Shown: piece after piece, positions 1-11,434 of the stretch
Layout: every line of letters begins with the position of its first letter
How positions within the stretch are numbered: position 1 is the first letter of the stretch
Assembly (NCBI GenBank): GCA_004431415.1
Contig: QPMI01000146.1
Coordinates: 1 to 40,523, forward strand
Reading direction: 5' to 3'
DNA length: 40,523 nt
DNA from: Cyanophora paradoxa CCMP329
Lineage: Eukaryota > Plantae > Glaucophyta
Translations under genes and position numbers: made by a program
The notes under the pieces: model-generated
The model's input: the letters and a program-made list of their open reading frames with translations, nothing else
Databases searched by the model: none
Told to the model about the DNA's origin: nothing

Positions 1-555
1 ATCACATATCGAATTTGCAGGTGCTGTGGGCGAATTACGACTGGTGGTGCTGCTGAAGGAGAAGGAGCCGAGCACCACGACGGTTACGAGCGGCTGCACC
101 AAATTCTGTCCGCGAAATTCACGGCGGCGGGGCAGCGCCTCGTAGACCAGAAGAGGGCAAGGCAGGGCCTCAACCGAGCATCGATACGATGGTGGAAATC
201 GCAGAGCTCGAGCGCATGCTGACGGAAGAGAAGATAGGCATGGGAAAGATCCGCCCACCGTCCTTGCGTCGCTGATCCCAGAGGAAAATTACGCGAGCAA
301 GCTGCAGGAGTACCTCTCAAAGACGCTGCCCGACAAGCAGAGGCGCGATTTACTGAAAGAGTGGTCGCACGCGCGAAACACGAACAACACCGACAACAAC
401 ACGGACGGGTACCTCTTCACGATTTTCCAGGCGGACGCCGGCCAGGCGGACGATCCCCGCTTCGCGCCGCAGGCCGCGGAAATCGGCGACCTGAGGGCCA
501 GGGGCCGAGGGCGCGGCAAAGGCAAGGGGCGCGGAAGGGAAGGGGTAGCGGATAA
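1..555 (+). CDS. Partial viral hypothetical protein (5' end outside the window, frameshifted)
   Basis: Frame from about 263 reads LASLIPEENYASKLQEYLSKTLPDKQRRDLLKEWSHARN..., which looks protein-like; probable stop TAA 553-555 after a frameshift. Confidence 0.45.
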
Positions 556-577
556 TAAATCTGACGGGCCCGCGAAA

Positions 578-841
578 ATGTTCCAGGGGGAATGCACCCA
601 CTCGGACATCATCACCGTCGTCTGCGGCGCGCTCTTCCTGGTCTCGGAGCTGCTGGGCGGCACGGAGCGCGTCGGCCCCAACACAGTGCTGGGCGCCCTG
701 AAGGCGGCGGCCCTTAGGGTCGTCCGCCGCGGACAGCCCGAGCCCGACCCCCACCGGAGCAGCAGAGGCGCGAGAGCACGCAGACATAGGCCGCACCACG
801 TCGACATTCAGATGACGCAAACCGGTACCCGTTTTTTCTAG
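578..841 (+). CDS. Small viral membrane protein
   Basis: AAAATG start; hydrophobic stretch IITVVCGALFLVSELLG; upstream TCT motif. Confidence 0.55.
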   Translation: MFQGECTHSDIITVVCGALFLVSELLGGTERVGPNTVLGALKAAALRVVRRGQPEPDPHRSSRGARARRHRPHHVDIQMTQTGTRFF

Positions 842-846
842 AGAAC

Positions 847-1216
847 ATGGGAAATGGAGACTCCCGCGACACCAGCCCCCAGCGCAGAGGCTCCAGCGCC
901 CAGCAACTCCAGCAGCAGCACGCGGCCTACCCTTGGCTTCTTAGGACTTACGCGCGAAAGAAGCAGCAGCAGCCGAAGGCACCGGCGAAATGGCGGCTGA
1001 CCTGGATCGGTGCACCCGCCGCGCATCGCGAGCTACGCCAAGCGCGTCGAGCAGTACCACCCCAGATGGCAGAGGACGCCCGGGCGTACGCGAAGAACCC
1101 CGCCGCGAGCCGCCCGTGATGGCCGCCGTCATCGACCGCTGCAGTGGGCGCTGCACGAGGAGGGAGAGCGCGTCAGGAATTTCTTCATGCCAAGTAAATT
1201 TCTGAATGGGCCTTAA
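847..1216 (+). CDS. Viral hypothetical protein (frameshifted)
   Basis: ORF 847-1119 joins overlapping frames ending at TAA 1214-1216 (...LQWALHEEGERVRNFFMPSKFLNGP). Confidence 0.4.
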
Positions 1217-1218
1217 CA

Positions 1219-1427
1219 ATGTCGTCCATGCTCCCGAGCCTCGATGATATCACAGCGATTCCCGCTACCTGGGCAGCCTGCTGACCCTCGGCGCGGTCGC
1301 CTACATGTCGCCCGCGCGCTACTACCTCGTGCGGATCCTCGCCGCGCAGTTCGCGGGCTACTACTTCGTGGGGCCCTACCTCCTCAAACGGCCTGAGGAA
1401 GGCATAATTTCTCAGGCCCCTTCCTAA
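1219..1427 (+). CDS. Small two-helix viral membrane protein (frameshifted)
   Basis: MSSMLPSLDDI../RYLGSLLTLGAVAYMSPARYYLVRILAAQFAGYYFVGPYLL; preceded by AATTTTCT-N15-ATG. Confidence 0.5.
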
Positions 1428-1430
1428 ATA

Positions 1431-1893
1431 ATGTCCTGCGTCAACCTCTACGTCCAGTCGAACGGAGAGACGCAGGATTCCGAGGGCTTCTGGCGCCTCA
1501 GGCTGAACCAGATCCCGCCGACATCGACACGCTGCAGATCAAGGGCGTCTACCTGGAGCTGGACACGACCGCGATTCCGGACCCCACCGCCGCGAAAACC
1601 GTCAACGTTCTGCTGATGGACGTGCCCGACTTGAACGTCACGACCATCTCGAACGTCAACACGTGCATCAACAAGGTCGTGATCCGACGTGGGGCACGAC
1701 GGCCTCGAGAACACCATCCTCTACTGGTTCGAGTGCCCATGGCCGTGCGCCCGAACTACGTCGCGTACGACAAGTTCCAGGAGCTGCGCGTGCGCTTCAC
1801 CGACATCACGGGCGCCACCAAGAAGAACAACGCCTTCATCGTCAAGAACTTCGGCTCTGGCCTTTGCGAAATAGATTTCGCAGGCCCCCTTAA
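1431..1893 (+). CDS. Putative minor capsid (penton-like, single jelly-roll) protein, frameshifted
   Basis: Reconstructed about 150 aa beta-rich protein: MSCVNLYVQS..WRLRLNQIP/ADIDTLQIKGVYLELD..VLLMDVPDL..KFQELRVRFTDITG..NNAFIV/ELRLW. The C-terminal 'xLxVxFxDxxG..N' pattern resembles PLV/virophage pentons. Judged by eye. Confidence 0.45.
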
Positions 1894-2367
1894 ATGCGCC
1901 TGATCATATTCCCGCGAAAGGGCTCGGGCGTCAAGACGCGCACCTTACGGCGTGCCTGGCTACCCCTCGCCCCTCACTTACAGAGTCGATCTTGTAACCG
2001 CCTCTGGTCCAATTAAATACGGGCTGCTGCACAGCCTCAGTCACATCCGTCTCGGCGAGAGCGCATGGCAGGACTTGGCCTTAATCGTAGAATTCGAGTA
2101 CAGGGGGGTAACACGCTAACGGGCGAGCACGTTTACAGGGTACGGGTAGCAAGGGAGGGGTACTCGCTGCCGAACGGCACGGGCGGGGAATACTGGGAGC
2201 CGAAAATACGCGACGCCTCCGAGGCCTACCGCTGGCTGCGTGACGAGCAGATCACTATCAGGCCCGATTACCCCTACGCCGACGTTTTCTGGCAGGTGCC
2301 CGTGGGCCGTTGGACAACGGGCGAGGTGAGCGGCAAGCTGAAGTGGACGTGGGACGCGGAGCATTAG
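1894..2367 (+). CDS. Viral hypothetical protein (frameshifted 5' half)
   Basis: TAAATG start abutting the previous stop; the C-terminal 100 aa are open (..YRVRVAREGYSLP..YRWLRDEQITIRPDYPYADVFWQVP..). Confidence 0.5.
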
Positions 2368-2392
2368 TTAATTTTTCTCTCTCGCGGATAAA

Positions 2393-5300
2393 ATGTCGAT
2401 GCTCGACGACCCCTGGCGCATGGCCATCCCGAATCCGGACGAGGTGCTGAACGGCGCCTTCGCGATAGACGGGAGCCTGAGCGTGAGGGGAATTTACGCG
2501 ACGAGATAAGGCTGCGCAAGGGCGGACCTACAGCGATTTCCTGACGTCCGTCGGTACCTTGGACGATTACGGTGACCTCACCGCAATTATCAAGGGGCTC
2601 TGGGCGTCACGACCGAGACGGGCGTGGACTGGAACATTATTAAGAGGGCGGCCGACGTGAAAATCGCAAACTCCGTTACAGCGAAAGACGCCACCCTGAA
2701 CCTCGTGAAACTGACTCTAAAGGGCGCAGAGGGGACGTGAGCCCGGGTACAACGCACTCGAGCGCATCGCGGCCCCCTGCGCCACATCTACTGGAGCCGC
2801 CAGGCGCTGCCGAGCATGGAGCCCGAGCAGTACAGGCGCGACAGGGAGGAGTTTTCGCGTGGTTCGACCACTTCAAGGTGAACATCCGCGCCCTGAGCGC
2901 CGACAGGACGGGCGAGACGCCGGAGACGACGGCGGGGGCCGCATCCCAACGGCACCCGACGTGCTCCCGATCGCTCAGACTGGGCGAAGACGCAGAACTG
3001 GGCGCTGAAGGACCACTTCCACGACGAGAGGTACGCCTCGTCAAGCACCCGCATGTGAAGGCCGACATCACGGACTGGGCGCACCGCCACCTGTACGACG
3101 ACATCATCGCGGGCCCAAGGTGCCGGGCGCGATTCCGGGTGGGGTACGGCGGCGGAAGCACGGGAGGTGGGGGTACAGGCACCGGGGGTGGGGGTACAGG
3201 CACCGGGGGTGGGGGTACAGGCACGGGGGGCGGAGGGGGCCCCAGTGGCACGCCCGTGGGAGGGGCGGGGGTAGCAGCGGCTCGGGTGGCGGCGGCTCGG
3301 GCGGAGAGAGCGGCGGAGGGGGTACGCTCGTGCCGATCCTTGGTACAACAACGGGAATCTTCGCGCGCCCTGATTGCAGGCGGTGCAAAGTACTACAGGG
3401 ATCGAAGGCGTACGAAAGGGACATTGCAGAGCTGCAGAAAGATAACAAAACGATCGTTTACTCAGACGAGCAGGTGAGAATACTGGCAGAGGAGCTGAAG
3501 ACAAGGGAGCGGCAATTTAACGAAATGAGACAGGGCCGAGAAAAAGATAGCGGACGATTTTGAAAGAGGCGAGCGATAGAATGAGAATCCCTGGAGGCGA
3601 GGAGAAAGCCGAGATCCGGAAGAGAGAGGCCGATAGGATCGTGGAAAACGCGATAAGGGAGGCAAAGGAGCAGGCAAGGACCGAGCTGGAGAAACTGGAC
3701 ATGGAAATAGCAAACAAGGTCAACATAGCAAACGAGTCGAAGAGGGCACAAAGATGCTGGACGATGAGCGAAAGGCAGCGGAGGAGCAAGCCAGAAAAGC
3801 AAAGGAGGATTTAAGGCAGCTCGAACTGCGAGAACAGGAGAGGCAGAAGGCAGAGGGGCTCGCATCCACCATACGATTCAACCTAGAGCAGCAAGTGAAA
3901 ACGCTGACGGCCGAGCTGCAGAGGATAGGACGGCTGTGCCAAGGGGCACAATGGAGACGCAGACGACGCCAAGGCCCGATCCAAGGCCGGCCGCCGAGAG
4001 GCTGCCCTTCGCGCGGCTGGGTAGGAGCGACCAGGTGGAAGAGCTCATTGGCCTCACGCTCGAGGATCAGAGGGCCCTCTTCGACGCGTTAGAGCAGCGG
4101 CGCAGGGCGGACGAGGAGGCAGCTGCCAAGACAGAAGAGGAACGACTGAAGGCAATGCAAACTGCATCAGACGAGGAATTTGCACGGCTGGAGGAGCCGA
4201 AGGTAGCGGAGCGTAAGCGACGACTGGAGACGTTCAGGGGGCGCAGATGGATTTTTACCGCTCGGAGCTCAAAAGACTGAAAGAAGGAAATGCATCGGGG
4301 ACAGGCTCCGCGCCATGGAAGAGAACATGCGCGACTTTAGCTACGTTATGGATCAGCTGACGGGAAGGGGTCAGAAAGACGCCGAAGAACTGAGGAGAAA
4401 GATGCCGATGAGAAGTGGAAAAACTTTGAGCGTCAGGCTGTTCAGAGGCCCATCAGCGATGCCATCTGGATAGCATACGGCGACGTGGAGGAGATGCACA
4501 GAGAACTGCGGACGGAAGCGAGCCTGTGGCGGGGAGCCCTCGAATGGTCACTGTACCGGATACAAAAGGGGGAGTTTTTGGCAGAGCTGCGAGCCAATCC
4601 GAAAACGGTGAGCGCGGGCGCACAGAGCGCGTACCTCTCCATGGTCGATTACGTGGGCAAGCTGAGCAAATTTTGGGAAATGCGAAGAGCCATCATTCCA
4701 GCGGAGGGGCTCGCGCAGTACGATGCCATGGTGCGCGATCTGGAGGCCTTCAAACGTGAGCACCCACCCGCCAATACAAGATTCACATAGATACGACGGC
4801 ATTCATGGGCGATCTAAGGAAGAGAGGAGACGAGGCCAAGAGTCAGATCGAGGAGCGCTACAGAAAGGCCCAAGCGGACAAGGAGTACGCAAACAGGGTG
4901 ATCGAAGAGCGGAAGCAGCAAGCCAAGGAGAACGCGGCGAGACGCAACGCCGAGATAGAAGAGCAGAGGCGGAAGATCGCAGAGCGCAAGGCGGCAGAGG
5001 AAGAGGCAAGAAAGACCAAGGTAGAGACAGAGTACCAAGCATTGAAACGGGAGGCCAATCAACTGTTAAAAAGGAGGGAAGGGCCTACGCCGACGAGGGC
5101 GCGGGCGTGGGCTCGGCCAGCCCGGACGACATCACCCTCGCGGAAAGGGACGACGTTTCCGTAGAGGAAATGCGCCCGGGCACGGCTCGCCTGCCCTCCG
5201 AGGGCGTATTTCAGACGCTCGACAGGCGCGTGATGGGCGACTCGGACGTTATTCTGCGCAACGCCCTCATGCCCTACGGCGACTGGAACCGCGCCACCGC

Positions 5301-7457
5301 CGACGCCCTTGCGATTTCGACCTCGAGCGATTCACCACCAAAGAGCAGCGCGACGCCTTCCTGGGGCGCCCGAGGGCCAGGCGGCCCGGGGTGGCCAAGG
5401 AGGCCTTCAGCGCAGAGACCCTCTTCTCCGCGATGGGTACGGCGAACAACGACGGCATGTCTTTCGGGGCAGCCGATTTATTTCAGGGGCGGGCATCGAC
5501 TTGGTGGGCGCCGGGCTGGGGGTACGGGCTCGCGGGCCATGCGGCGGGCGGGCGCGGCGGCGGCCGGCCTTGGGCTGGCGACGGCGGCGGCCTGCTCTCG
5601 CCTACCAGGCGCTCTCGCAGGGCAAGATAGGGGAGGCCGAGTTCTTCGATACGTTCCGCGATCAGATGATCATGACGGTCGGCTCCTTTGGCCTGCAGAC
5701 GGGCATGTCGTCCGCCCTGAGCGCCCTCACGAAAATGAGGATCGGCACGGTGGGCGGACTTGGCCTGTCCATCCTCGCGGCGCCATCGCGCAGGTGATCG
5801 TGGATATCATCAACGGGCGCAGCGCGGAAGAAATCGTGAAGAACTTTTTCAAGTACCCCGTTGACTGGGCGGCCGACACCATCCAGTTCATCGCGCAGCT
5901 ATCGCAGCAGATCTACGACTGGGGCGTCGAGACGTGGGGCGACGAGGCGAGCCAGCTGCGCAACCGAATTAATCGGCTGGAGGGCGAGCTGGGCTCCGGA
6001 TTTTTGGGTGTGTACGACCCCTCGGAGGCGCGCGAAATGGCCTCGCTCTTGGCCCAGGAGCTGCGGTTAAACGAAATCAAGGAGCCGAAGGAGCTGCAGG
6101 CCTTCATTCGCGCGCTCGACAACAGCATCAACGATTACCGTACCCCAAGGACCAGAAGACGCTGCTCGAAATCGATCGCGCAACCGTGCTCTTCCTCTCC
6201 CAGCTCACCGTTAAAATGCAGGAGGGATTCGGGTCGACCTCGCTCGCCTGAGTCGGCTGATGCGCGATTTAAAGCAGATGGTGAAGGAGGAGACCAAGGG
6301 CGGAAGCGCGTCTTAATTGCCGTCTACCAGGAGGGCCTCAACAGGATCAATCACATCGAAGCCCTAAGGCGCGAATTCGGCTCGCCATCCGTCACTCGGG
6401 CGTCTCGTCGAACGGAGGGCGCAGGTGGCCCGCCTGGCGGACGCCAACTCGCGCCTCGAGATTCCCGGGACCTTCCGCATGCAGGATTGGTGGGAGGCCG
6501 AGGCCTTCAGGAATTACGGGGCCTTCATAGACAACGGGATCAATTCGCAGAGCCCAAGGCAAACTGGCTGGTACCCAAGGCCTACGTCGATAAATTGGTT
6601 GACAGGCCTGCAGCACCATACACAAGAAGATCGCCAAAGGCATCGAGTACTGGGCGCCCGAGCCAGGCCAGCCCGTGTTTGCATCGCAGAACTACGAGTG
6701 GCACATGGCGCCGGGGGCGAGCCAGGCCGTGAGCACCGTGGGCGTTGCCGTGCCGCAGCTGGCGACGGTGGCACACACGGGGGCGTATGCAGATCTCAGC
6801 GGGAGCCGACGATACCCGTGATACCAACAACGTGGGCGTGGGATAGCATCACGGGGAAGCCGAGTACGTATCCCCACGCAGACCACCAGCACACCATCTC
6901 TCAGATCAGCGACTGGACGGCCCGGACTTGACGAACATCTCCGTGGATTGGGACAACGTAACGGGCAAGCCACTACCTTCCCCCCTCTACACACAGTCAC
7001 AATGTGTACTGGGATAATGTCATCGACCGACCCACTTCCTTCCCACCCTCTACGCACAGTCACACAGAGTACTCGCTCACCAGCCACGGGCACAGAAACG
7101 TGAACATGGATGCGTACATAACGCACGGCACGTCCTTCCACTCCTACGCTGCGTACACGGAGTTTAACATCAATTCAACATACACGGTGACGTTCAACAT
7201 TACATTCGGACAGGCGTACGACACTGGAGGCGGACTGGGGACCCCAGCAAACCAACGCCGGTTATTAACGTAACCCCTCGTTCGACATCAATCCCGGCGG
7301 CAGCACGGATGTCGATTTCTACGGGGCCAACGTCACGGCGGTGAGTCACACTGGCTTTACAGTTAAAGTGAGATTCCAACCCAGAATGACGGTCACGCCC
7401 ACCCAAATTGTCCAGCTTTTTATTCATTGGACCGCGATCGGCAAGCTGCTTATGTAA
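2393..7457 (+). CDS. Giant fibre-like virion protein (about 1,690 codons if one gene): HxH tail-fibre repeats, Gly-rich hinge, long coiled coil, Gly-rich hydrophobic segment, C-terminal H-type-lectin/gp53-like domain; many frameshifts
   Basis: Overlapping frames give continuous protein-like text from ATG 2393 to TAA 7455-7457. Motifs: HPHVKADITDW, LATVAHTGAYADLSG, WDSITGKPSTYP, WDNVTGKPTTFPPSTHSH, ITFGQAY..VTAVSHTGFTVKV..FIHWTAIG. Confidence 0.62.
3155..3310 (+). repeat. 21-bp tandem repeat encoding GGGGTGT within the giant ORF
   Basis: GGGGGTGGGGGTACAGGCACC about 3 copies, followed by Gly/Ser-rich sequence. Confidence 0.8.
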
Positions 7458-7481
7458 TCGATTTTCTGATGCAATCCAAAA

Positions 7482-8518
7482 ATGTCGGTCGCTGTCCCTC
7501 TATTTACCTATGCTGCCAGCGTGAATCACAAGGGCGATCACACGATTAAGGAGACCACCCTCGGAAACCAGGCCACCGAGGCCCCCTACAACGCCACGGC
7601 CGTCCCCTTTTCCGAGGCCGACCTCGTCCGCGTCGGCGAGCTGCGCTGCGACAAGATGCGCACGCGGGAGGGCGGGTCGGCCGTGCCGGGGCGCGTGAGG
7701 ACGCAGAGGCTCACCGTCACGAACGGGGCCTGGACGGGAGCGGGTACACCACGAATCAGGTGACCTTTAATGGGACTGTGAACGGGGAGGGGAATGCGGC
7801 TCTGTATGTGCAAGGAGGCGGAGCAAACGTGGTGGGGGGCTTAGGTGAGCGGGGCTTCAAACTTGGCGGGCATCGTTACATTGGACGATAAGCTGCAAAT
7901 TACCGGAACGTCACCGTACATAAATGGCGGTGGTTCAGGCGTAGCTATAAAGTACAACGAAAACGATAGACTCCTCTGTGGGACTCTTGGCGTTGGTGTT
8001 ACAGGTACTCTATTTACCTCGGCAATCGAAGGCCCTACTAATGGCCTAAGCATAGCAAACACTTCAATCGTTGATAGCGGAAGCGTCAGCTCTGGTCTAT
8101 CCTTGAGAAACAACGGCACCGAACGACTGCTGTGCGGAACCGTCGGCGTTGGCATCACGGGTCGGCTCATCGTCTCGACGCTCACGGGCGATGGAAACCG
8201 AGCCGTTTATTCGGATGCTCAAGGATACCTGACAAACTCGTCGAGCGATAGCCGCCTGAAAGAAAATGTCGCGAGCATGTCGGGCATTCTCCCTCTTCTG
8301 CTGCAGCTGAATCCGTGTCGTTCACCTGGAAGAACACATCCTCGGGGGTTCGAAAACGGATTACGGTCTCATCGCACAGGAAGTCCAAGGCGTCTTCCCG
8401 AGTCTCGTTTCGAGAACGCGGATGGATTTCTCGGGTAAACTACGACAGGCTCATTTCCCTGTCGTTGAAGGCAATTCAGGAACTTTCACAAGAAGTTCAA
8501 ACTCTCAAAGACCAGTAG
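7482..8518 (+). CDS. Fibre protein with C-terminal intramolecular chaperone (peptidase S74) domain; frameshifted
   Basis: SSDSRLKENV..LLQLNP/VSFTWK../LIAQEVQGVFP/..VNYDRLISLSLKAIQELSQEVQTLK is the classic S74 signature. Internal repeat RLLCGT(L/V)GVG(V/I)TG occurs twice. Confidence 0.85.
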
Positions 8519-8555
8519 CGGCACTGGCGAGCTGATCTGGAACAACTAGGAATAA

Positions 8556-10692
8556 CTACACCGCGAGTATCACAATTCGACCGTTGCCACCGTCGCTGAA
8601 AGACGAGCCACCGTTGCCGCCCCTACCAATGCCTGCTGCGTAGTGAGCGTCTCCGCTATTTCCTGCCACCTGGCCGGACCCAGGATACACCGTAGCATCC
8701 GTCAAGTTTCCTATGTAGCTCGAGCCACCGCCACCTCCAAACATTCTTGCTATTGGGTTCTCTGACACTCCGCTCCTGCTGGACCAGAGCCTCCACCGAA
8801 GTAACCACCACCACCACCACCACCGAACCTGTAGCCGCTTGAATCAGGCCCAGTCTCTCCACCTTGGCGCAAAGTTCCCGGGTTGCTGGGCCTGGCCCCT
8901 GAGGCCACAACACCGGCTCCGCCAGCGGTTTGGGTGCCTCCTTGAGCCGGTATCTCTCCGGTTACTCCAACCAACCCAGCCGCACCACCGGTCAACCCCC
9001 GCCTACTCCCCCGCCGCCATTCGAATCACATGTACCCCCACCTCCGGCCCCTGCAACAACCAAGTCGGTCCCTGCAACGCGCTGAATTGCAGAACGACCA
9101 CCACCGGCGCCGTTTTTGTACTCCGGATCGACGCTATGGCTCCAGCCCCTTCCACCACCTCCGTAGACGGTAGCAGTGGCAGTCCCCGATACACCCTTTG
9201 GGCCGCCGCATCCAACAACAAGGATGAGCGTCTCCCCCGAGGACACAGCCAATGTACCAACTACGCAAGCACCCGCGCCTCCACGGACCCCCGTACCTGC
9301 GCGTTCTCCGCCTCCACCCCCGGCCGCCCATACGATGACACGCACAGCCACAGTCCCCGTTGGTACTACGAAAGTCTGGTCGGCCCCGGTGTAGGAGAAT
9401 GTACCCAAAACAGGAGCGTTTGCAGTTGTTGCACTGGCAGACGAGGACTGAGGGCCTTCCTCGCCGATCTGGTTGACGCCCTTGATGGTGTAAGTGTAAG
9501 TGGTTCCGTAAACGGTCGTTGTGTCCGAAAAGGGGCTGCTCGTGTCGCTGGCAAGGAACACGCCACCCCTGTAGATGTTGTAGGAGACGGTGACGCCCGT
9601 CACCGGCACCGACCACTCGAGCACAACAGGCTGTGCTGCCCCCGCCGCGGGGTTGCAGTGAGCCCAGTGGCGCCCCCGGGTCCGTGGTGACGTACGCCGC
9701 AATACTCTTCGGCCCTCCCCTCCCGTGTTCGTCGCGGAGATCTGGTACTCGTACCCTGTACCCCAGACGGTGGTCGTGTCGCTGTAGGAGTTGGTCGCGG
9801 AGTCTGTGAGGTAGGCCCCGTCTCTGTAAATCTTGTATCCCGTCGCTCCCGTGGACGCAGTCCAGCTGAGGCTGACAGGCTGCTGCTGGTCGTTGGGTGC
9901 TGATGCCGTCACGTTCGTGGGGGCGTTTGGCATAGTCCAGACCAGGAGCGGATCGGACTTGTCGTATTCGACACCGCCCACGATGCCGGCCACCTGGTAA
10001 GAGTATTCCGTGCCCCACGTAAGAGCAGTGCTATCGTCAATGTACGAGGTAGACAGGGCACTGCTCGCAAATCCGATTGGCGTACCGTTCCTGTAAATTC
10101 GAATCGAGTCCGCGCCCTCCATGGCCACCCAGTTGATTGTGACGACTATGGCGGGTTTCGGGAAGCCCGAAGACGCGGGGCCGCCCCCGGCAATAAAATC
10201 GCCGTAGGTCTGGGCCGTGGCGGTCGTGAGCGTGGTGTAGGCTTCGATCTGCGGGCTGAAGCCGCCTATGCCTTGGAAGAGAATGTAATTGCTCATGGCA
10301 CCCTCGTGGGTGTAGAGAAGCGACTGTGCGTAGGTTGTGGGCGGGGCTTTGCCATCAGAGCCCGTGCTGCTGCTGCCCTGTTCGCGAACCGCCGCCACGC
10401 GGTAGAGTCGCTGGGCCCCCAAACTAAAGGGAGAGTCCGTGTAGGTGACGGTTGGCGCATTCACCGTGGCCACGAGATCCCAGGGGCCGTTGATGCTGGT
10501 CGCCCTGTACACCTTGTACTTGACGGCGTTGGTGACCGCGACCCAGTTCAGCTGAAAGCCGTACGTACTGTTCCCGTTGTTGAGCACGGAGCCCGATCGC
10601 ACCTGGGGCCTGCCCACAGTCAGCGAGATCGGCTCCACGCCATACTGCGGAGCCTGCACCACCTGCTTTTTCACGAATACGAAGCGGGGCAT
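8556..10692 (-). CDS. Protein with four fibronectin type III repeats and a C-terminal glycine-rich domain (ALK/LTK-like Gly-rich type); frameshifted
   Basis: Four LxW...YxIYR...YxD...GxxYxYxV/I units. FSYTGADQTFVVP..VRVIVWAAGGGG, GGGGGYFGGG, GGGGSSY and terminal GGNGRIVI. Confidence 0.85.
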
Positions 10693-10731
10693 TTTCCTCT
10701 ACGATCCGAAAAAATATCTGCCCCGGGGTAA

Positions 10732-11411
10732 ATGACTTCCAACTGGTACCAGACCCTCAGCGGCTCACTTGACGTTGGCAACAACACCAAGGATTTCGCA
10801 CGCATACCCTCCGGCAGTTACGTCGACGTCTTTCTGCAGAATCCCGTCGTGATTCAGGTCGTTCAGAACGCCTACGCCACGCCCAAGATTTATTCCTACC
10901 AGCTCTTCTTCGACCCTCTGAGCCTCAGCGCAGAGGTTATCGAGCTGCTGCACGAATCAGGACTCGTGAAAAAGGTGGCACCTGCCACGGCCACTGCCAA
11001 CGTCTTGCGCTGTCTCGAGGTCAAGTTCAGGGAGACGGGGTACGGCCCCACCGTGAACCGGTACCCCAGTTCTTCGAATCTTCCGGGTACGGGAACTTAC
11101 CAGATGAGGGGTACGCTCAAGGGCGACGTGCTCTTCACGAAATTCAATCCAAGTCCCGCGACCCTGGGGCCCTCTACACGGGCGGCAACCCACGCGGCTC
11201 GACTCTACCCCGCTTCCCCTTCACCTTTTTCAGGTTCCAGGTCTTCCCCCTCTCCTACGCCGCCGACCAGCCCCACTTCAGCACGGGCGCCAGCCTCTGC
11301 GCGGAGCTGCGTGAGTGCTCGATTTCCTACGCGTACGGCACCGACGCTGACTCTGTGCCTGGGGCCCGCGTCATGAACATCGGTGGCGACATCACCCTCT
11401 TTCACGGATAA
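10732..11411 (+). CDS. Viral beta-rich hypothetical protein, paralog A (frameshifted 3' third)
   Basis: ORF from TAAATG; shifted frame ends AELRECSISYAYGTDADSVPGARVMNIGGDITLFHG* at 11409-11411; similar to the next gene. Confidence 0.65.
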
Positions 11412-11434
11412 TCTTTCTCATTTGAGGTCGCAAA

